A DNA stretch of 64,000 bases from the NCBI GenBank assembly GCA_963743275.1, contig CAVUPB010000009.1, forward strand, positions 156,189 to 220,188, written 5' to 3'. Each line of letters begins with the position of its first letter. Within the stretch, counting starts at the first letter, position 1. Positions 33,472-43,737 of this stretch are shown piece after piece. The DNA comes from an uncultured Actinomycetes bacterium. GTDB taxonomy: Bacteria > Actinomycetota > Thermoleophilia > Gaiellales > JALYLC01. The notes under the pieces are model-generated. The model was not told the DNA's origin. It saw only the letters and a program-made list of their open reading frames with translations, and made no database searches. Position numbers and translations under genes: made by a program.

Positions 33472-34277
33472 CCCGCGCGATCGGCATCGACGTCGGGGGC
33501 ACGAAGATCGCGGCCGGTCTGGTCGACACCGCGACGGGGGCGTGCGAGGCTCGCTTCGAGCGCGTGACGCGCCCCGAGCGCGATCCGGCGGTCATCCTCG
33601 GCGAGTGCGTCGCGATGGCGCAGCGGCTGGCGGCGGGCGCCGGCGACGTGCCGATCGGCATCGGCGTCTGCGAGCTCGTCGACCGCGAGGGCCACACGCG
33701 ATCGGCGCAGACGATCGACTGGCGCGCGGTCGACGTCGCGGGGGCGTTCGCGGGCATCGGGCCTGCCGTCGTCGAGAGCGACGTGCGCGCCGCGGCCGTC
33801 GCCGAGGCGCGCTTCGGCGGCGGCCGGGGCGTCGGCGAGCTGCTGTTCGTGACGGTCGGGACAGGCATCTCCTGCTGCCTGGTACTGGACGGGAGCGCCT
33901 ACGAGGGCGCCCGCGGCAACGCCATCTGCTTCGGTGCGCCGCCGGTCGAGGACGCCGCCAGCGGCCTCGCCCTGGCCGCCGCGGGCGGGCGCGCGTGGGC
34001 CGAGGAGGTGCTCGCAGACCCCGCGCTCGACGGCGTGGTCGAGACCGCCGCGACGGCGCTGGGCGCGGGCCTCGCCTGGCTCGTCAACGCGCTCGATCCC
34101 GGCGCCGTCGTGATCGGCGGCGGTCTCGGCCTGGTCGACCGCTACCGCGAGCTCGCGGTGGCGGCGATGCGACCGATGATCTTCGCCGACAACACGCGCG
34201 ACGTGCCGGTCGTCCCGGCGCAGCTGGGCGCCGATGCGGGGGTGATCGGCGCGGCGCTCGCCGCCGTGCCCGGCTGA
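33468..34277 (+). CDS. ROK family kinase/regulator-type protein
   Basis: GTG 33468 overlaps the upstream stop. IGIDVGGTKIAAGLVD, FVTVGTGISCCLVLDG and VVIGGGLG motifs. Confidence 0.8.
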   Translation: MTRAIGIDVGGTKIAAGLVDTATGACEARFERVTRPERDPAVILGECVAMAQRLAAGAGDVPIGIGVCELVDREGHTRSAQTIDWRAVDVAGAFAGIGPAVVESDVRAAAVAEARFGGGRGVGELLFVTVGTGISCCLVLDGSAYEGARGNAICFGAPPVEDAASGLALAAAGGRAWAEEVLADPALDGVVETAATALGAGLAWLVNALDPGAVVIGGGLGLVDRYRELAVAAMRPMIFADNTRDVPVVPAQLGADAGVIGAALAAVPG

Positions 34278-34373
34278 ATGCGCCGCGCCTTGGCGCTGGG
34301 CTTCGAATGAGCCGCGCGGCGCGTATCGACCCCCGGTAGGTTCCCGTGAACAGCGACGCAGGGGAGCCCAGAC

Positions 34374-34736
34374 ATGACACCGAGCGAGGCACTGCAGGCG
34401 ATCTGCGAGGCGTGGAACCGCCTCGACAAGGACGCGCTCGCCGACCTCTTCAGCGAGGACGGCCTCTTCGAGGATCCGCTCAACGAGCGCGCGGCGCGCG
34501 GTCGCGAGGACGTGCGCGAGATCATCGCGCCCGGGATGGCGGCGCTCTCGGAGTGCGAGGTCACGCTCGCTGCCACGCTCGAGCGCGGCGACCTCGCGCT
34601 CTGCGAGGGCATGTTCCGCTCGGCCCTCGCCGACGGCGGCGCGCGCTTCGACTTCCCGTTCGCAATGGCGATCGAGATGAAGGACGGGCGCATCGCGCGC
34701 CTCACGGAGTACTTCGACACCGCGCCGCTCGTATGA
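34374..34736 (+). CDS. NTF2/SnoaL-like fold protein
   Basis: 120 aa. ICEAWNRLDKDALADLFSEDGLFEDP... and IARLTEYFD are typical of the SnoaL-like family. Confidence 0.7.
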   Translation: MTPSEALQAICEAWNRLDKDALADLFSEDGLFEDPLNERAARGREDVREIIAPGMAALSECEVTLAATLERGDLALCEGMFRSALADGGARFDFPFAMAIEMKDGRIARLTEYFDTAPLV

Positions 34737-35848
34737 CCGCAGCGCGCGAGCGCGAGCCGCTCTCGTACACCGTGCGCCGCTCGCCCTACTTCGAGCGGAC
34801 GCTCGCCGCGGGCGCGCTCGGGTTCATGGTCTACAACCACACGTACATGCCGATCGACTACGGGCGCGACCCCGAGGTCGAGTACCGGGCGATCACCGAG
34901 GGCGTGACGCTGTGGGACGTCGGCGCCGAGCGGCAGGCGCAGCTGCGCGGCCCCGACGCGCTGAGCTTCGCCGACTACCTCAGCCCGCGCGACCTGCTCG
35001 ATCTCGCGGTCGGGCGCTGCCGCTTCACGCCGGTCTGCGACCCGCGCGGCGAGATCATGGCCGACTGCATCGTCCTGCGGCCGTTCGTGGACACGGTCTG
35101 GTACTCGCACTCGGATTGCGACATCTCGTTGTGGGCCTACGGGCTCGCGCTCGCACGCGGCGCGCGGGTCGAGGTCGAGGAGGCCGACGTCGCGCCGCTG
35201 CAGCTGCAGGGCCCGCTCGCGCGGGCGGTGCTCGAACCGCTCTACGGCGGCGATCTCTCGGCGCTCCGGCGCTTCGACTGCGCGGCGGTGAGCGTCGCGT
35301 CGGTCCCGTGCGTCGTCTCGAACACCGGCTGGAGCAAGGAGGCCGGGTACGAGATCTACCCGCTCGGCTCCGAGCGCTGCCTCGAGCTCTGGGACGCGCT
35401 CGTCGCGGCCGGCGAGCCGCACGGCCTGCTCGTGACCGGGCCCAACATCACGCGCGCCGTCGAGCAGGGCATCACCGACACGCAGTACCGCATGAACTCG
35501 CACATGACGGCGCTCGAGGCCGGGCTCGAGTCGATGCTGCAGCTCGACGGCGAGCCGTTCATGGGCCGGGAGGCGCTGCTCGCGGAACGTGCCCGCGGGC
35601 CGCGCCGCCGCACCGTCGGGCTTGCGGTCGACGGCGCGCCATTCCCGTTCCTCGAGGACTTCTGGCCCGTGCTCGACCGCGGCGGCGAGGAGGTCGGAGT
35701 GGCGCGCTGGGCGGTCTACTCCTACGCGCTCGGCCGCAACATCGCGATCGCGCTCGTGGACGCGGCGGCCGACGACGCCGGCGAACTGGTCGTGCGAGCG
35801 CCCGACGGCGATCGCACGGCGCGCGTCCACCCGATCCCGTTCGTCTGA
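34733..35848 (+). CDS. Aminomethyltransferase (GcvT) family protein
   Basis: ATGA overlap with the upstream gene. GVTLWDVGAERQAQLRGPDALSFADYL and folate-binding GcvT-type architecture. Specific substrate unknown. Confidence 0.8.
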   Translation: MTAAREREPLSYTVRRSPYFERTLAAGALGFMVYNHTYMPIDYGRDPEVEYRAITEGVTLWDVGAERQAQLRGPDALSFADYLSPRDLLDLAVGRCRFTPVCDPRGEIMADCIVLRPFVDTVWYSHSDCDISLWAYGLALARGARVEVEEADVAPLQLQGPLARAVLEPLYGGDLSALRRFDCAAVSVASVPCVVSNTGWSKEAGYEIYPLGSERCLELWDALVAAGEPHGLLVTGPNITRAVEQGITDTQYRMNSHMTALEAGLESMLQLDGEPFMGREALLAERARGPRRRTVGLAVDGAPFPFLEDFWPVLDRGGEEVGVARWAVYSYALGRNIAIALVDAAADDAGELVVRAPDGDRTARVHPIPFV

Positions 35849-35855
35849 GCGATCC

Positions 35856-36143
35856 CTAGGTGCCCGTGTCGAAGGCGTGGAACGCCGCCTTCTCGAGCGC
35901 ATGCTGCGGATCGCCGAGTGCGTGCGTGCTCACGGCCATCTCGAGCCACAGGTTCGCATCGCCGGCGCCCGCCGCGAGGTCGATCCCGTGCTTCGCGAGC
36001 GCCGCCCGCACCTCGGATTGCCGAGGCGTGGCCGTGCTCGAGCCACCGCATGCCGCCAGGATCAGCGCGACAGCGGGAGGATCGCCGCAAGGGCGGCTTC
36101 GCGGCGGGTGGGAGGGCTCGGCATCCGCCGGCTCTCCCCGCAT
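35856..36143 (-). CDS. Possible small lipoprotein
   Basis: Lipobox-like ALILAACGG. GC3 is high only from that point on. The N-region is atypically long, so the start is uncertain. Confidence 0.35.
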   Translation of the reverse strand: MRGEPADAEPSHPPRSRPCGDPPAVALILAACGGSSTATPRQSEVRAALAKHGIDLAAGAGDANLWLEMAVSTHALGDPQHALEKAAFHAFDTGT

Positions 36144-36276
36144 CTCGCACCTCCCAACCGCGGCGCGCGGCCTGCGGCGCGAGCGCGACCGCCGGCTCGG
36201 CCTCCTCGAAAGCGACTACGCGGTTAGGGGAGAACCTCGGATCTCCGGGTGCGTGCCGCACGTCGATGAACCGTGC

Positions 36277-36921
36277 ATGCACACGTCTCTCCCGACCTTT
36301 GCCGAGGCCCGCGCCCGCGCGGGCGCCGACCGATCTCCCCGGCGGGCAGCACGCCAATCCGCCGTCAAGGACGGGCTGCTCGAGATGCTCGCCGCGCGCG
36401 ACGCGGACATGCTCGCGCATCTCGCCCGCATCGCAGAGCTCGCCGGAAGCACCGCGATCATCCTCGGCCTCGGGCGCGCCGACATTCGCCTGACGCGCCT
36501 GGGGGCCGAGTTCCACGACATCGGGAAGCTTGGAATCCCCGAGTCGATCCTGGCGAAGTCAGGCCCGCTCAGCCCCGAGGAGGAGTGGTTCATGCAGCGT
36601 CACAGCGAGATCGGCGAAAGCCTGGTGGCCGCCACGCCCGCGCTCAGGGCGATCGCTCCGATCGTGCGCGCCGTGCACGAGCGGCCCGACGGCAGGGGCT
36701 ACCCCGACGGTCTCGAGCTCCGCGAGATCCCGATCGCCTCGCGCATCATCGCGGTGGCCGACGCGTTCGACGCGATGACGCACGACCGGCCCTACCAGAG
36801 GGCAATGCCGGTCGGGCAGGCGCTCGCCGAGCTGCGGCGACATGCGGGCACGCAGTTCGACCACGCCGTCGTCGAGGCGTTCGGCAGCGCGATCGCGTAC
36901 CGGGACGCGGCGGCCGCGTAG
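36277..36921 (+). CDS. HD-GYP domain phosphohydrolase (cyclic-di-GMP phosphodiesterase type)
   Basis: EFHDIGKLGIPESIL, VRAVHERPDGRGYPDGL and VADAFDAMTHDRPY motifs. Confidence 0.85.
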   Translation: MHTSLPTFAEARARAGADRSPRRAARQSAVKDGLLEMLAARDADMLAHLARIAELAGSTAIILGLGRADIRLTRLGAEFHDIGKLGIPESILAKSGPLSPEEEWFMQRHSEIGESLVAATPALRAIAPIVRAVHERPDGRGYPDGLELREIPIASRIIAVADAFDAMTHDRPYQRAMPVGQALAELRRHAGTQFDHAVVEAFGSAIAYRDAAAA

Positions 36922-36932
36922 CCCGGCCCGCC

Positions 36933-36938
36933 TAGACT
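36933..36938 (+). promoter_or_regulatory. Candidate -10 hexamer TAGACT, 7 nt before ATG 36946 (leaderless geometry)
   Basis: TAnnnT with no SD. Confidence 0.35.
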
Positions 36939-36945
36939 GACGGCC

Positions 36946-38388
36946 ATGGCATCGCCTTCGGCTTCGTACAGCTTCACGATCCGCGTCGTGCTGCCGTCGG
37001 CGCCTGGGAGCTTCGCGCAGATCGCGGCCGCCATCGGCGCCGCGGGCGGCGATCTCGGCGCGATCGACCTCGTGCGCGCCGGCCCGGAGGGCACGGTGCG
37101 CGACGTCACGGTCAACGCGGGCGACTCGGACCAGGGCAAGCAGATCGTCGACGCGGTCAGGGCGCTGCCGGGCGTCGACGTCCAGAGCGTCTCCGACCGC
37201 ACGTTCCTGCTGCACCTCGGCGGCAAGATCGAGGTCGTCGCGAAGTCGCCGATCCGCACGCGCGACGACCTCTCGATGGCGTACACGCCGGGCGTCGCGC
37301 GCGTCTGCCTCGCGATCGCCGAGGCTCCCGAGCGGGCCTGGTCGCTCACGATCAAGCGCAACACGGTCGCCGTGGTGTCCGACGGCACCGCGGTGCTCGG
37401 CCTCGGCGACATCGGCCCCGAAGCCGCCATGCCCGTGATGGAGGGCAAGGCGATGCTGTTCAAGGAGTTCGGCGGCATCGACGCCTTCCCGATCTGCCTC
37501 GCGACGAAGGATGCCGACGAGATCGTGCGCACCGTCAAGGCGATCGCCCCGGGCTTCGGCGGCATCAACCTCGAGGACATCTCGGCCCCGCGGTGCTTCG
37601 AGATCGAGCGCCGCCTGCGCGAGGAGCTCGACATCCCGGTCTTCCACGACGACCAGCACGGGACGGCGGTGGTCGTGCTCGCCGCGTTCCTGAACTCGCT
37701 GCGCGTCGTCGGCAAGCAGGCGAAGGACGTCTCGGTCGTGATGGTCGGCGCCGGCGCCGCCGGCATCGCCTGCACGAAGATGCTGCTGACGGCCGGGGTC
37801 GAGCAGATCATCGGCGTCGACCGTGCGGGGGCGATCCACCGCGGCCGCGCCGGGCTCGACGGGATGAAGAGCTGGTACGCCGAGCACACGAATCCCGGCG
37901 GCTTCGCGGGCAGCGCCGACGAGGCGCTGCGCGGAGCGGATGTCTTCATCGGGCTGTCGGGGCCCGGAGCCGTGTCCGTCGACGCCGTGCTCTCGATGGC
38001 CGACGACGCGATCGTCTTCGCGATGGCGAACCCGACGCCCGAGGTGCCGCCGGAGGCGCTGGCCGGGCGCGTGGCCGTGGTCGCGACGGGCCGCTCCGAC
38101 TACCCGAACCAGATCAACAACGTGCTGGCGTTCCCCGGCATCTTCCGCGGGGCGCTCGACGTGCGCGCGAGCGAGATCAACGAGGAGATGAAGCACGCCG
38201 CCGGCGAGGCCCTCGCGTCGGTCGTCACCGAGGACGAGCTCTCGCCCGAGTACGTGATCCCGAGCGTCTTCAACCGCGACGTCGCGACCGTGATCGCCGA
38301 GGCCGTGGCGCAGGCCGCGATCGACAGCGGCGTCGCGCGGCGCGACCGCTCGGCGAGCCCGCAGGCGGAGGCCGAGCTCTACCCCTGA
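36946..38388 (+). CDS. NAD(P)-dependent malic enzyme with N-terminal ACT domain
   Basis: ACT-like first ~80 aa, then LSMAYTPGVARVC, VVSDGTAVLGLGDIGP, AMPVMEGKAMLFKEFGG and FGGINLEDISAPRCFEIE. Confidence 0.9.
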   Translation: MASPSASYSFTIRVVLPSAPGSFAQIAAAIGAAGGDLGAIDLVRAGPEGTVRDVTVNAGDSDQGKQIVDAVRALPGVDVQSVSDRTFLLHLGGKIEVVAKSPIRTRDDLSMAYTPGVARVCLAIAEAPERAWSLTIKRNTVAVVSDGTAVLGLGDIGPEAAMPVMEGKAMLFKEFGGIDAFPICLATKDADEIVRTVKAIAPGFGGINLEDISAPRCFEIERRLREELDIPVFHDDQHGTAVVVLAAFLNSLRVVGKQAKDVSVVMVGAGAAGIACTKMLLTAGVEQIIGVDRAGAIHRGRAGLDGMKSWYAEHTNPGGFAGSADEALRGADVFIGLSGPGAVSVDAVLSMADDAIVFAMANPTPEVPPEALAGRVAVVATGRSDYPNQINNVLAFPGIFRGALDVRASEINEEMKHAAGEALASVVTEDELSPEYVIPSVFNRDVATVIAEAVAQAAIDSGVARRDRSASPQAEAELYP

Positions 38389-38434
38389 GCGAGCGCGGGC
38401 GGGGTCAGTCCTCTTCCATCCAGCCGCGGCGCGG

Positions 38435-39286
38435 CTACTTCGTCCCGGCGGCCACGATCAGCTCGCACGGCGCGGCAAACCCGTCGCGCCCCTCGAAGCG
38501 CCGGAGCTCGCTCTCGATCTCGTCCCAGGCCTCGGCGCGGCCGGCCTCGTCGAGTCCGGCCAGCATCTGGTGGAGAGCGCCGAACGACTCCTGCTCGAAA
38601 CGCAGGCAGTCGGCCACCGACGGCAGCCGCAGCGGCGCTGCGACCTTGCGCACCTCGACGTCGCGGAAGCCCGCGGCCCCGTACGCCTCCTCGATCTTGC
38701 CGTCCGCCCCGAGGCTGAACGGCCCCGGCTGCCCGGGCGCCGGTGCGGGCAGGCCTGCGCGGCGCCGGATCACCGACACCGGGATCGAGAAGAACTCGTT
38801 GCGTTCCGGCGTCGTGTAGTTGATCGTCGAGACGCGCCCGCCGGGCCGGAGCGCAGTGTGGATGCCCGCGAGGGCGCGGTCGCGGTCGGGCAGGTAGATC
38901 AGCCCGAGGCGCGAGATGACCGCGTCGTACACGCCGGGATCGACGTCCAGCGCCTCGCCGTCCATCTCGAGCGTGGCGACGTTTGCGTAGCCGGCCTCGC
39001 GCGCGCTGCGCTCGGCGTACGCGAGGATGGCCGGCGAGATGTCGGTCGCGAGGACGGCACCCGTTGGGCCGACGCGCCCGGCCGCACGCAGCGTCTGGCC
39101 GCCTGCGCCCGCCGCGATGTCAAGCACACGGGATCCGCGCTCGATCGCCGCCAGGTCGAGCATCAGCTCGGTCGCCTCGCCGAGCCAGCTCTCGATCGTC
39201 GGCCCCCACGCGTGCCACGGCTCCGCGGCCCGCTGCCACTGCTCGCGCGTCACCTGCTTGTACGCCGCGGAATCGAACGCTGCCAT
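38435..39286 (-). CDS. Class I SAM-dependent methyltransferase
   Basis: RVLDIAAGAGGQT motif I and GVYDAVISRLGLIYL. Confidence 0.8.
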   Translation of the reverse strand: MAAFDSAAYKQVTREQWQRAAEPWHAWGPTIESWLGEATELMLDLAAIERGSRVLDIAAGAGGQTLRAAGRVGPTGAVLATDISPAILAYAERSAREAGYANVATLEMDGEALDVDPGVYDAVISRLGLIYLPDRDRALAGIHTALRPGGRVSTINYTTPERNEFFSIPVSVIRRRAGLPAPAPGQPGPFSLGADGKIEEAYGAAGFRDVEVRKVAAPLRLPSVADCLRFEQESFGALHQMLAGLDEAGRAEAWDEIESELRRFEGRDGFAAPCELIVAAGTK

Positions 39287-39428
39287 TGCTCTGCCGCCCT
39301 TCCTGCCGATTGTCGGATCCGGCGCGATTGCGCGGGAGCAGGCACGTTATCGACCCCGGGCGTTGGGGAACCGCTGGCGGAGCGTTGCCGCGCGGCCGTC
39401 GCGACGCGGCGGTCGGCGATCGAGGCAG

Positions 39429-41869
39429 CTACCCCTGCGCCACCCACTCGACGATCTGCTCGGCCGTGATCGGCAGCGACGTGACCTGGACGCCGTAGGG
39501 CGACAGCGCGTCCTCGATCGCGGCGCTCATGATCGCGGGCGAGAGCATGCGGCCGCCCTCGCCGGCCCCTTTGATGCCGTACGGGGTGTAGGGCGACGGC
39601 GTCTCCTGGTGGTCGACGGTCATCTCGGGCACATCCATCGACGACGGCAGGTGGTAGTACTCGAAGTCTGCGTTGAGGACGCGGCCCTGGTCGTCGTACT
39701 TGTATTCCTCGAGCAGCGCCGTGCCGAGCCCCTGCACCGTGCCGCCGATGATCTGGCCGTCGAGCGTCTTCGGATTGACGATCGTGCCGGCGTCGTGCAC
39801 CGCCGCGTAGCGCAGGAACGTGAACTTGCCGGTCTCGGGATCGACCTCGATGACGGCGATGTGCCAGGCGTGGCCGACGAAGGGGTAGAAGATGCCGAGA
39901 TCGGAGCGGTCGGCGTTCGGCAGCGTCGTCAGGGGGTGGTCGTAGGTCGACTGCGAGGCGAGGCCGCTCTCCATGTCGGGCGGCAGGTCGAGCCGGAACA
40001 GGTACGCGCTGAGCGCGATCTCGGCGAGCGTCAGCTGGCGGTCGGCGACTCCGCGCACGCCCACCGCGCCGTCGCGGAACTCGAGGTCGCCCTCGTCGAC
40101 CTCGAGCTTGTGGGCGACGAGGCGCTTGATCTTGTCCTTCAGCTGCGCCGCGGCGCCCGCCACCGCGCCCGAGACCATGACCGTGTAGCGCGAGCCGCCG
40201 GGGCCCGTGCCGGGCAGCGCGTGCTGCGAGTCGGCGTAGGTCACCGTGATCGACTCCGGCGCGACGTCGAACTCCTCCGCCACGACCTGGGAGACGACGG
40301 TCTCGGGGCTGTTGCCCCAGAGCGACTGCGAGTGCAGCGTGACGACGATCTGGCCCGTCGGGTCGATCTGCAGGCTCGCGCTCTCGGGGCTCGAGGTCGG
40401 CGTGAACGCGGGCTGGTCGAACCAGAACCAGAATTCCGTCGAGGAGAAGACGCTGCGCTCGTTCGATGCGACAACGCCGATGCCGACGTGCCGGCCCTCC
40501 GCGCGTGCGCGCTCGCGCTCGGCCACCCAGTGGTCGTAGTCGACCGCTGCGAGCACCTTGTCGAGCACGCCCTCGTAGTTGCCGCTGTCGTAGATGTTGC
40601 CGGTCGGCGTGCGGTACGGGAACTCGCCGGGCCCGATCAGGTTGCGGCGCCGGATCTCGACGCGGTCGACGCCGAGATCCTGGGCTGCGAGATCGACGAG
40701 CCGCTCGAGCACCCAGTTGCTGACCTCCGCCCCGAAGCCGCGGTAGGCGCCCTGCTGGTTCTTGTTCGTGAGGATCGCGGCGAGCCCGTACTCGACGTGC
40801 TGGATCTGGTACGGGCCGACGATCTGCGAGAGCGAGTTCCCGTGCGTTCCCGTGCCGAACTGCAGGTACGCGCCGTAGTCGTCCACGCACTGGATGCGCA
40901 GCGCCTGGAAGCGGCCGTCGTCGTCGAACGCGAGCGCGGCGTCGTAGTGGCGATCCGACCCGCAGTGGTCGTTGTTCACGATGTGCGTGACGCGGTCTTC
41001 GACGTACTTGACGGGGCACCCGGCGAACATCGAGAGGAAGCCCGCGAGTATCGGCACCTTGTGCATGAAGAACTTCGAGCCGAAGCTGCCGCCGGCCGCG
41101 ACGGGCACGAGGCGCAGCTTGCTCGCCGGGATCTTGAGCGTCGCGGCGAAGAGCCACAGGAAGTACGTGAAGTTCATCGAGTTGGCGTAGATCGTGCAGA
41201 CGCCGGTGCCGCGGTCGAAGTCGCCGATCGCGCCGTTGGTCTCCATCGGCATGCCGGTCGAGCGCGGCCAGTAGAGCTTGGCCTGGACGCTGCGGTCGGC
41301 GTCGGCAAAGGCCCTGTCGACCTCTCCGAACGAGAACGTGCGCTCGTAGGCGACGTTCGTTCCGAGCGATTCGTGGACGAGCGGGCCGCCCTCCGTGCGC
41401 GCCTCGAGCGGGTCGAGCACGACGGGCAGCTGCTCGTAGTCCACCTCGATGAGATCGCAGGCGTCCTCGGCGACGTAGCGGTTCTCGGCGACCACCGCGG
41501 CCACGGCCTCGCCGAAGTGGCGCACCTTGTCGACCGCGAGCAGGTCCTGCGAGATCCCGCCGAAGGACGGCAGGGGCGCGACGCGGTCCGCGAGGTCGCG
41601 CCCCGTCACGACCGCGATCACCCCGGGGAGCCGCTCGGCCGCCTCGCTGCGGATCGCGACGATCTTCGCGTGGGCGTGGGGCTGCGCACGATCGCCGCGT
41701 GCGCCATGCCGGGCAGCTTGATGTCGTCGATGTAGCGGCCCTCACCGCGCAGGAAGCGCGGGTCCTCGACGCGGTTGATGCTCTTGCCCAGCCAGCGCCG
41801 TGTGGCGCCATCCTCGCCGGCGGTCTCGCGCGCGACCTTGGCGGCGTTCGGATCCTGCTCGATGATCAT
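39429..41869 (-). pseudogene. Xanthine dehydrogenase/CoxL-family molybdopterin-binding large subunit, frame broken once at 41678-41681
   Basis: N-terminal 64 aa (MIIEQD...GKSINRVEDPRFLRGEGRYIDDIKLPGMAHAAIVRSP) are in one frame and the remaining 730 aa (IAVVTGRDLAD...) in another. Adding one C to the C4 run restores HAHAKIVAIRSEAAERLPGV. GGGAGGA RBS. Active-site region GAYRGFGAEV. Confidence 0.85.
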
Positions 41870-42375
41870 TGGGATCCTCCCTCGCCTGCCCCGACGACGA
41901 CCTGCGAGGCGGCCTGGATCGCCTCGACGATCTGCTGGTATCCGGTGCAGCGGCAGAGAACGCCGCTGATCGCCTCGCGGATCTCCTCGGCGCTCCCGCC
42001 GCCGGGGTGCGCGCGCATGAACTCGACCGCCGTCATCAGCATCGCGGGGGTGCAGAAGCCGCACTGCAAGGCGTGGTGCTCGGTGAACGCCTGCTGCAGC
42101 GCGCTCAGCGTCCCGTCCCGCTCGGCGAGGCCCTCGACGGTCTCGACGGAGTGCCCGTCGGCCTGCACCGCGAGCATCAGGCACGAGCGGATGCTCTGCC
42201 CGTCGAGCAGGACGTTGCAGCTGCCGCAGAAGCCGTGCTCGCAGGCCAGGTGCGTACCGGTGAGGTCGAGGTCGTCGCGCAGGAAGTCGGCGAGCGAGCG
42301 CCGGGGCTCCACGCTGCCTTCGCGCCAGGTGCCGTTGACCTGCATGCGCACGGGGTAGGCCTGCTCGGCGCTCAC
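41866..42375 (-). CDS. (2Fe-2S)-binding small subunit (CoxS-like)
   Basis: CEHGFCGSCNVLLDG and CGFCTPAML...CRCTGY cysteine motifs. GTGA overlap upstream and ATGA overlap downstream. Confidence 0.9.
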   Translation of the reverse strand: MSAEQAYPVRMQVNGTWREGSVEPRRSLADFLRDDLDLTGTHLACEHGFCGSCNVLLDGQSIRSCLMLAVQADGHSVETVEGLAERDGTLSALQQAFTEHHALQCGFCTPAMLMTAVEFMRAHPGGGSAEEIREAISGVLCRCTGYQQIVEAIQAASQVVVGAGEGGSQ

Positions 42376-43244
42376 GCTGTCTCCTCGTCTCCGGCGCGCG
42401 CGGCGGCAGCGCGCAGGGCGCGGCGCGCGAGCGCCGCGGCGACGCGCCGCCGGTAGGTGCCGGAGACCTCGATGTCGTCCGGTGGGGTCAGGTCGCCGAG
42501 CGATGCGGCGACCGCGTCGAGCGTCGCCTCGTCGAGACGCTTGCCCGTGACGATCGAGTCGATGGGCGCGCGGTGGGGCGTCGCCGCCACGCGCAGCAGG
42601 ACGAGCGTCGCGGAGGCGCACGCGCCGTCGCCGTCGAGCGCGACCACGGCCGCGGCGCCGACCTGCGCATAGTCGCGGTAGCGCGCGCTGACCTCGTGGA
42701 ACGCCGCGCCGCTGCGGGGAGCGGGTGCGGGGAAGCGCACGCAGGTGATGAGCTCGTCGTCCTCGAGCGCGGTCTGGTTGGGCCCCCGGAAGAAGTCGCT
42801 CGCCGCGATCGTGCGCGCGCCGCGCCGCGAGCGCACGTCGATCTGCGCGCCGAGCGCGACGGCCACGGCCGTCAGCTCGGCCCAGGCCGCCGCGAACGCG
42901 AGCGACCCGCCGACCGTCCCGCGGTGCCGTGTGGCGCGGTAGCCGACGTAGCCGAGCGCCTCCCGGATGAGCGGCCAGGAGCGCGCGGCGACCGGATCGT
43001 CGAGCAGCGTCTGCTGGCGCACGAGCGCGCCGACCACGAGCTCGCCGTCGCGCTCCTCGATTGCGCCGAGCCCCGCCACCCGGTTGATGTCGACGAGGAC
43101 GCGCGGCTTGGCGCGGCGCAGCTTCATGAGCCCCATCAGGCTCTGCCCGCCGGCGAGCACGCGCACGTCTCCGCCCGGCTCGAGCAGTGCGACCGCCTCG
43201 TCGATCGTCGCGGGGGCGTGGTAGGCGAACGGCGCCGGCTTCAT
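42372..43244 (-). CDS. FAD-binding medium subunit (CoxM-like)
   Basis: MKPAPFAYHAPATIDEAVALL...VLAGGQSL...TVGGSLA motifs. ATG 43244 overlaps the cupin stop (ATGA). Confidence 0.85.
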   Translation of the reverse strand: MKPAPFAYHAPATIDEAVALLEPGGDVRVLAGGQSLMGLMKLRRAKPRVLVDINRVAGLGAIEERDGELVVGALVRQQTLLDDPVAARSWPLIREALGYVGYRATRHRGTVGGSLAFAAAWAELTAVAVALGAQIDVRSRRGARTIAASDFFRGPNQTALEDDELITCVRFPAPAPRSGAAFHEVSARYRDYAQVGAAAVVALDGDGACASATLVLLRVAATPHRAPIDSIVTGKRLDEATLDAVAASLGDLTPPDDIEVSGTYRRRVAAALARRALRAAAARAGDEETA

Positions 43245-43670
43245 GTGCGGGAGGCGACGGGGAGGGGGAGTGGCGCGTTCGCGCTGTCGAGCAGCTCGAC
43301 GGTCGTGAACACGATGTCGGCGCTGCCGGCGTTGACGAGGTCGTGGATCATCGACTCGCCGTCGCCGAACGAGAGCGCGCGCGTCTCGGAGACCGCGTAG
43401 TGGCGGGCGTGCGTGGCGCCGTCGCCATCGCGGCTGACGGCCTCGCCGCCGCTCACGCACGTCCAGAAGTAGTCGAGGACGTGGCGGTGGAAGGCGAGGC
43501 GCTCGCCGGGGCGCGAGGCGGATCTCCCAGACCCGGGTGCGGGCGTCCTGCATGAGGAGGCGGGTGCCGACGAGCGGGTTCGCCGCGTGCGTCTCGAGCT
43601 CCTCGCGCAGCTCGGGCGACCAGTCCGCGAATGCGCCGGCGTCGACGTTCGGAGCGGGTGTCGTCGTCAT
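43241..43670 (-). pseudogene. Cupin-like protein, first gene of the molybdoenzyme operon, frame broken once at 43508-43511
   Basis: MTTTPAPNVDAGAF...RVWEIRLAP in one frame. GERLAFHRHVLDYFWTCVSGGEAVSRDGDG...FTTVELLD follows only if one C is removed from the C4 run. Length is 3n+1. Confidence 0.6.
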
Positions 43671-43737
43671 GGCCCGCCGATGCTACGCCGCGCGGAGCGG
43701 CTCTACAATGCGCAATTCATGCGTGACCCGTTAGGCA

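Noticed and set aside
34278-34373. Glycine riboswitch ahead of the NTF2-like/GcvT-family gene pair
   Set aside because: No ACCGAAGG / CUCUGGAGAG-type conserved cores are present.
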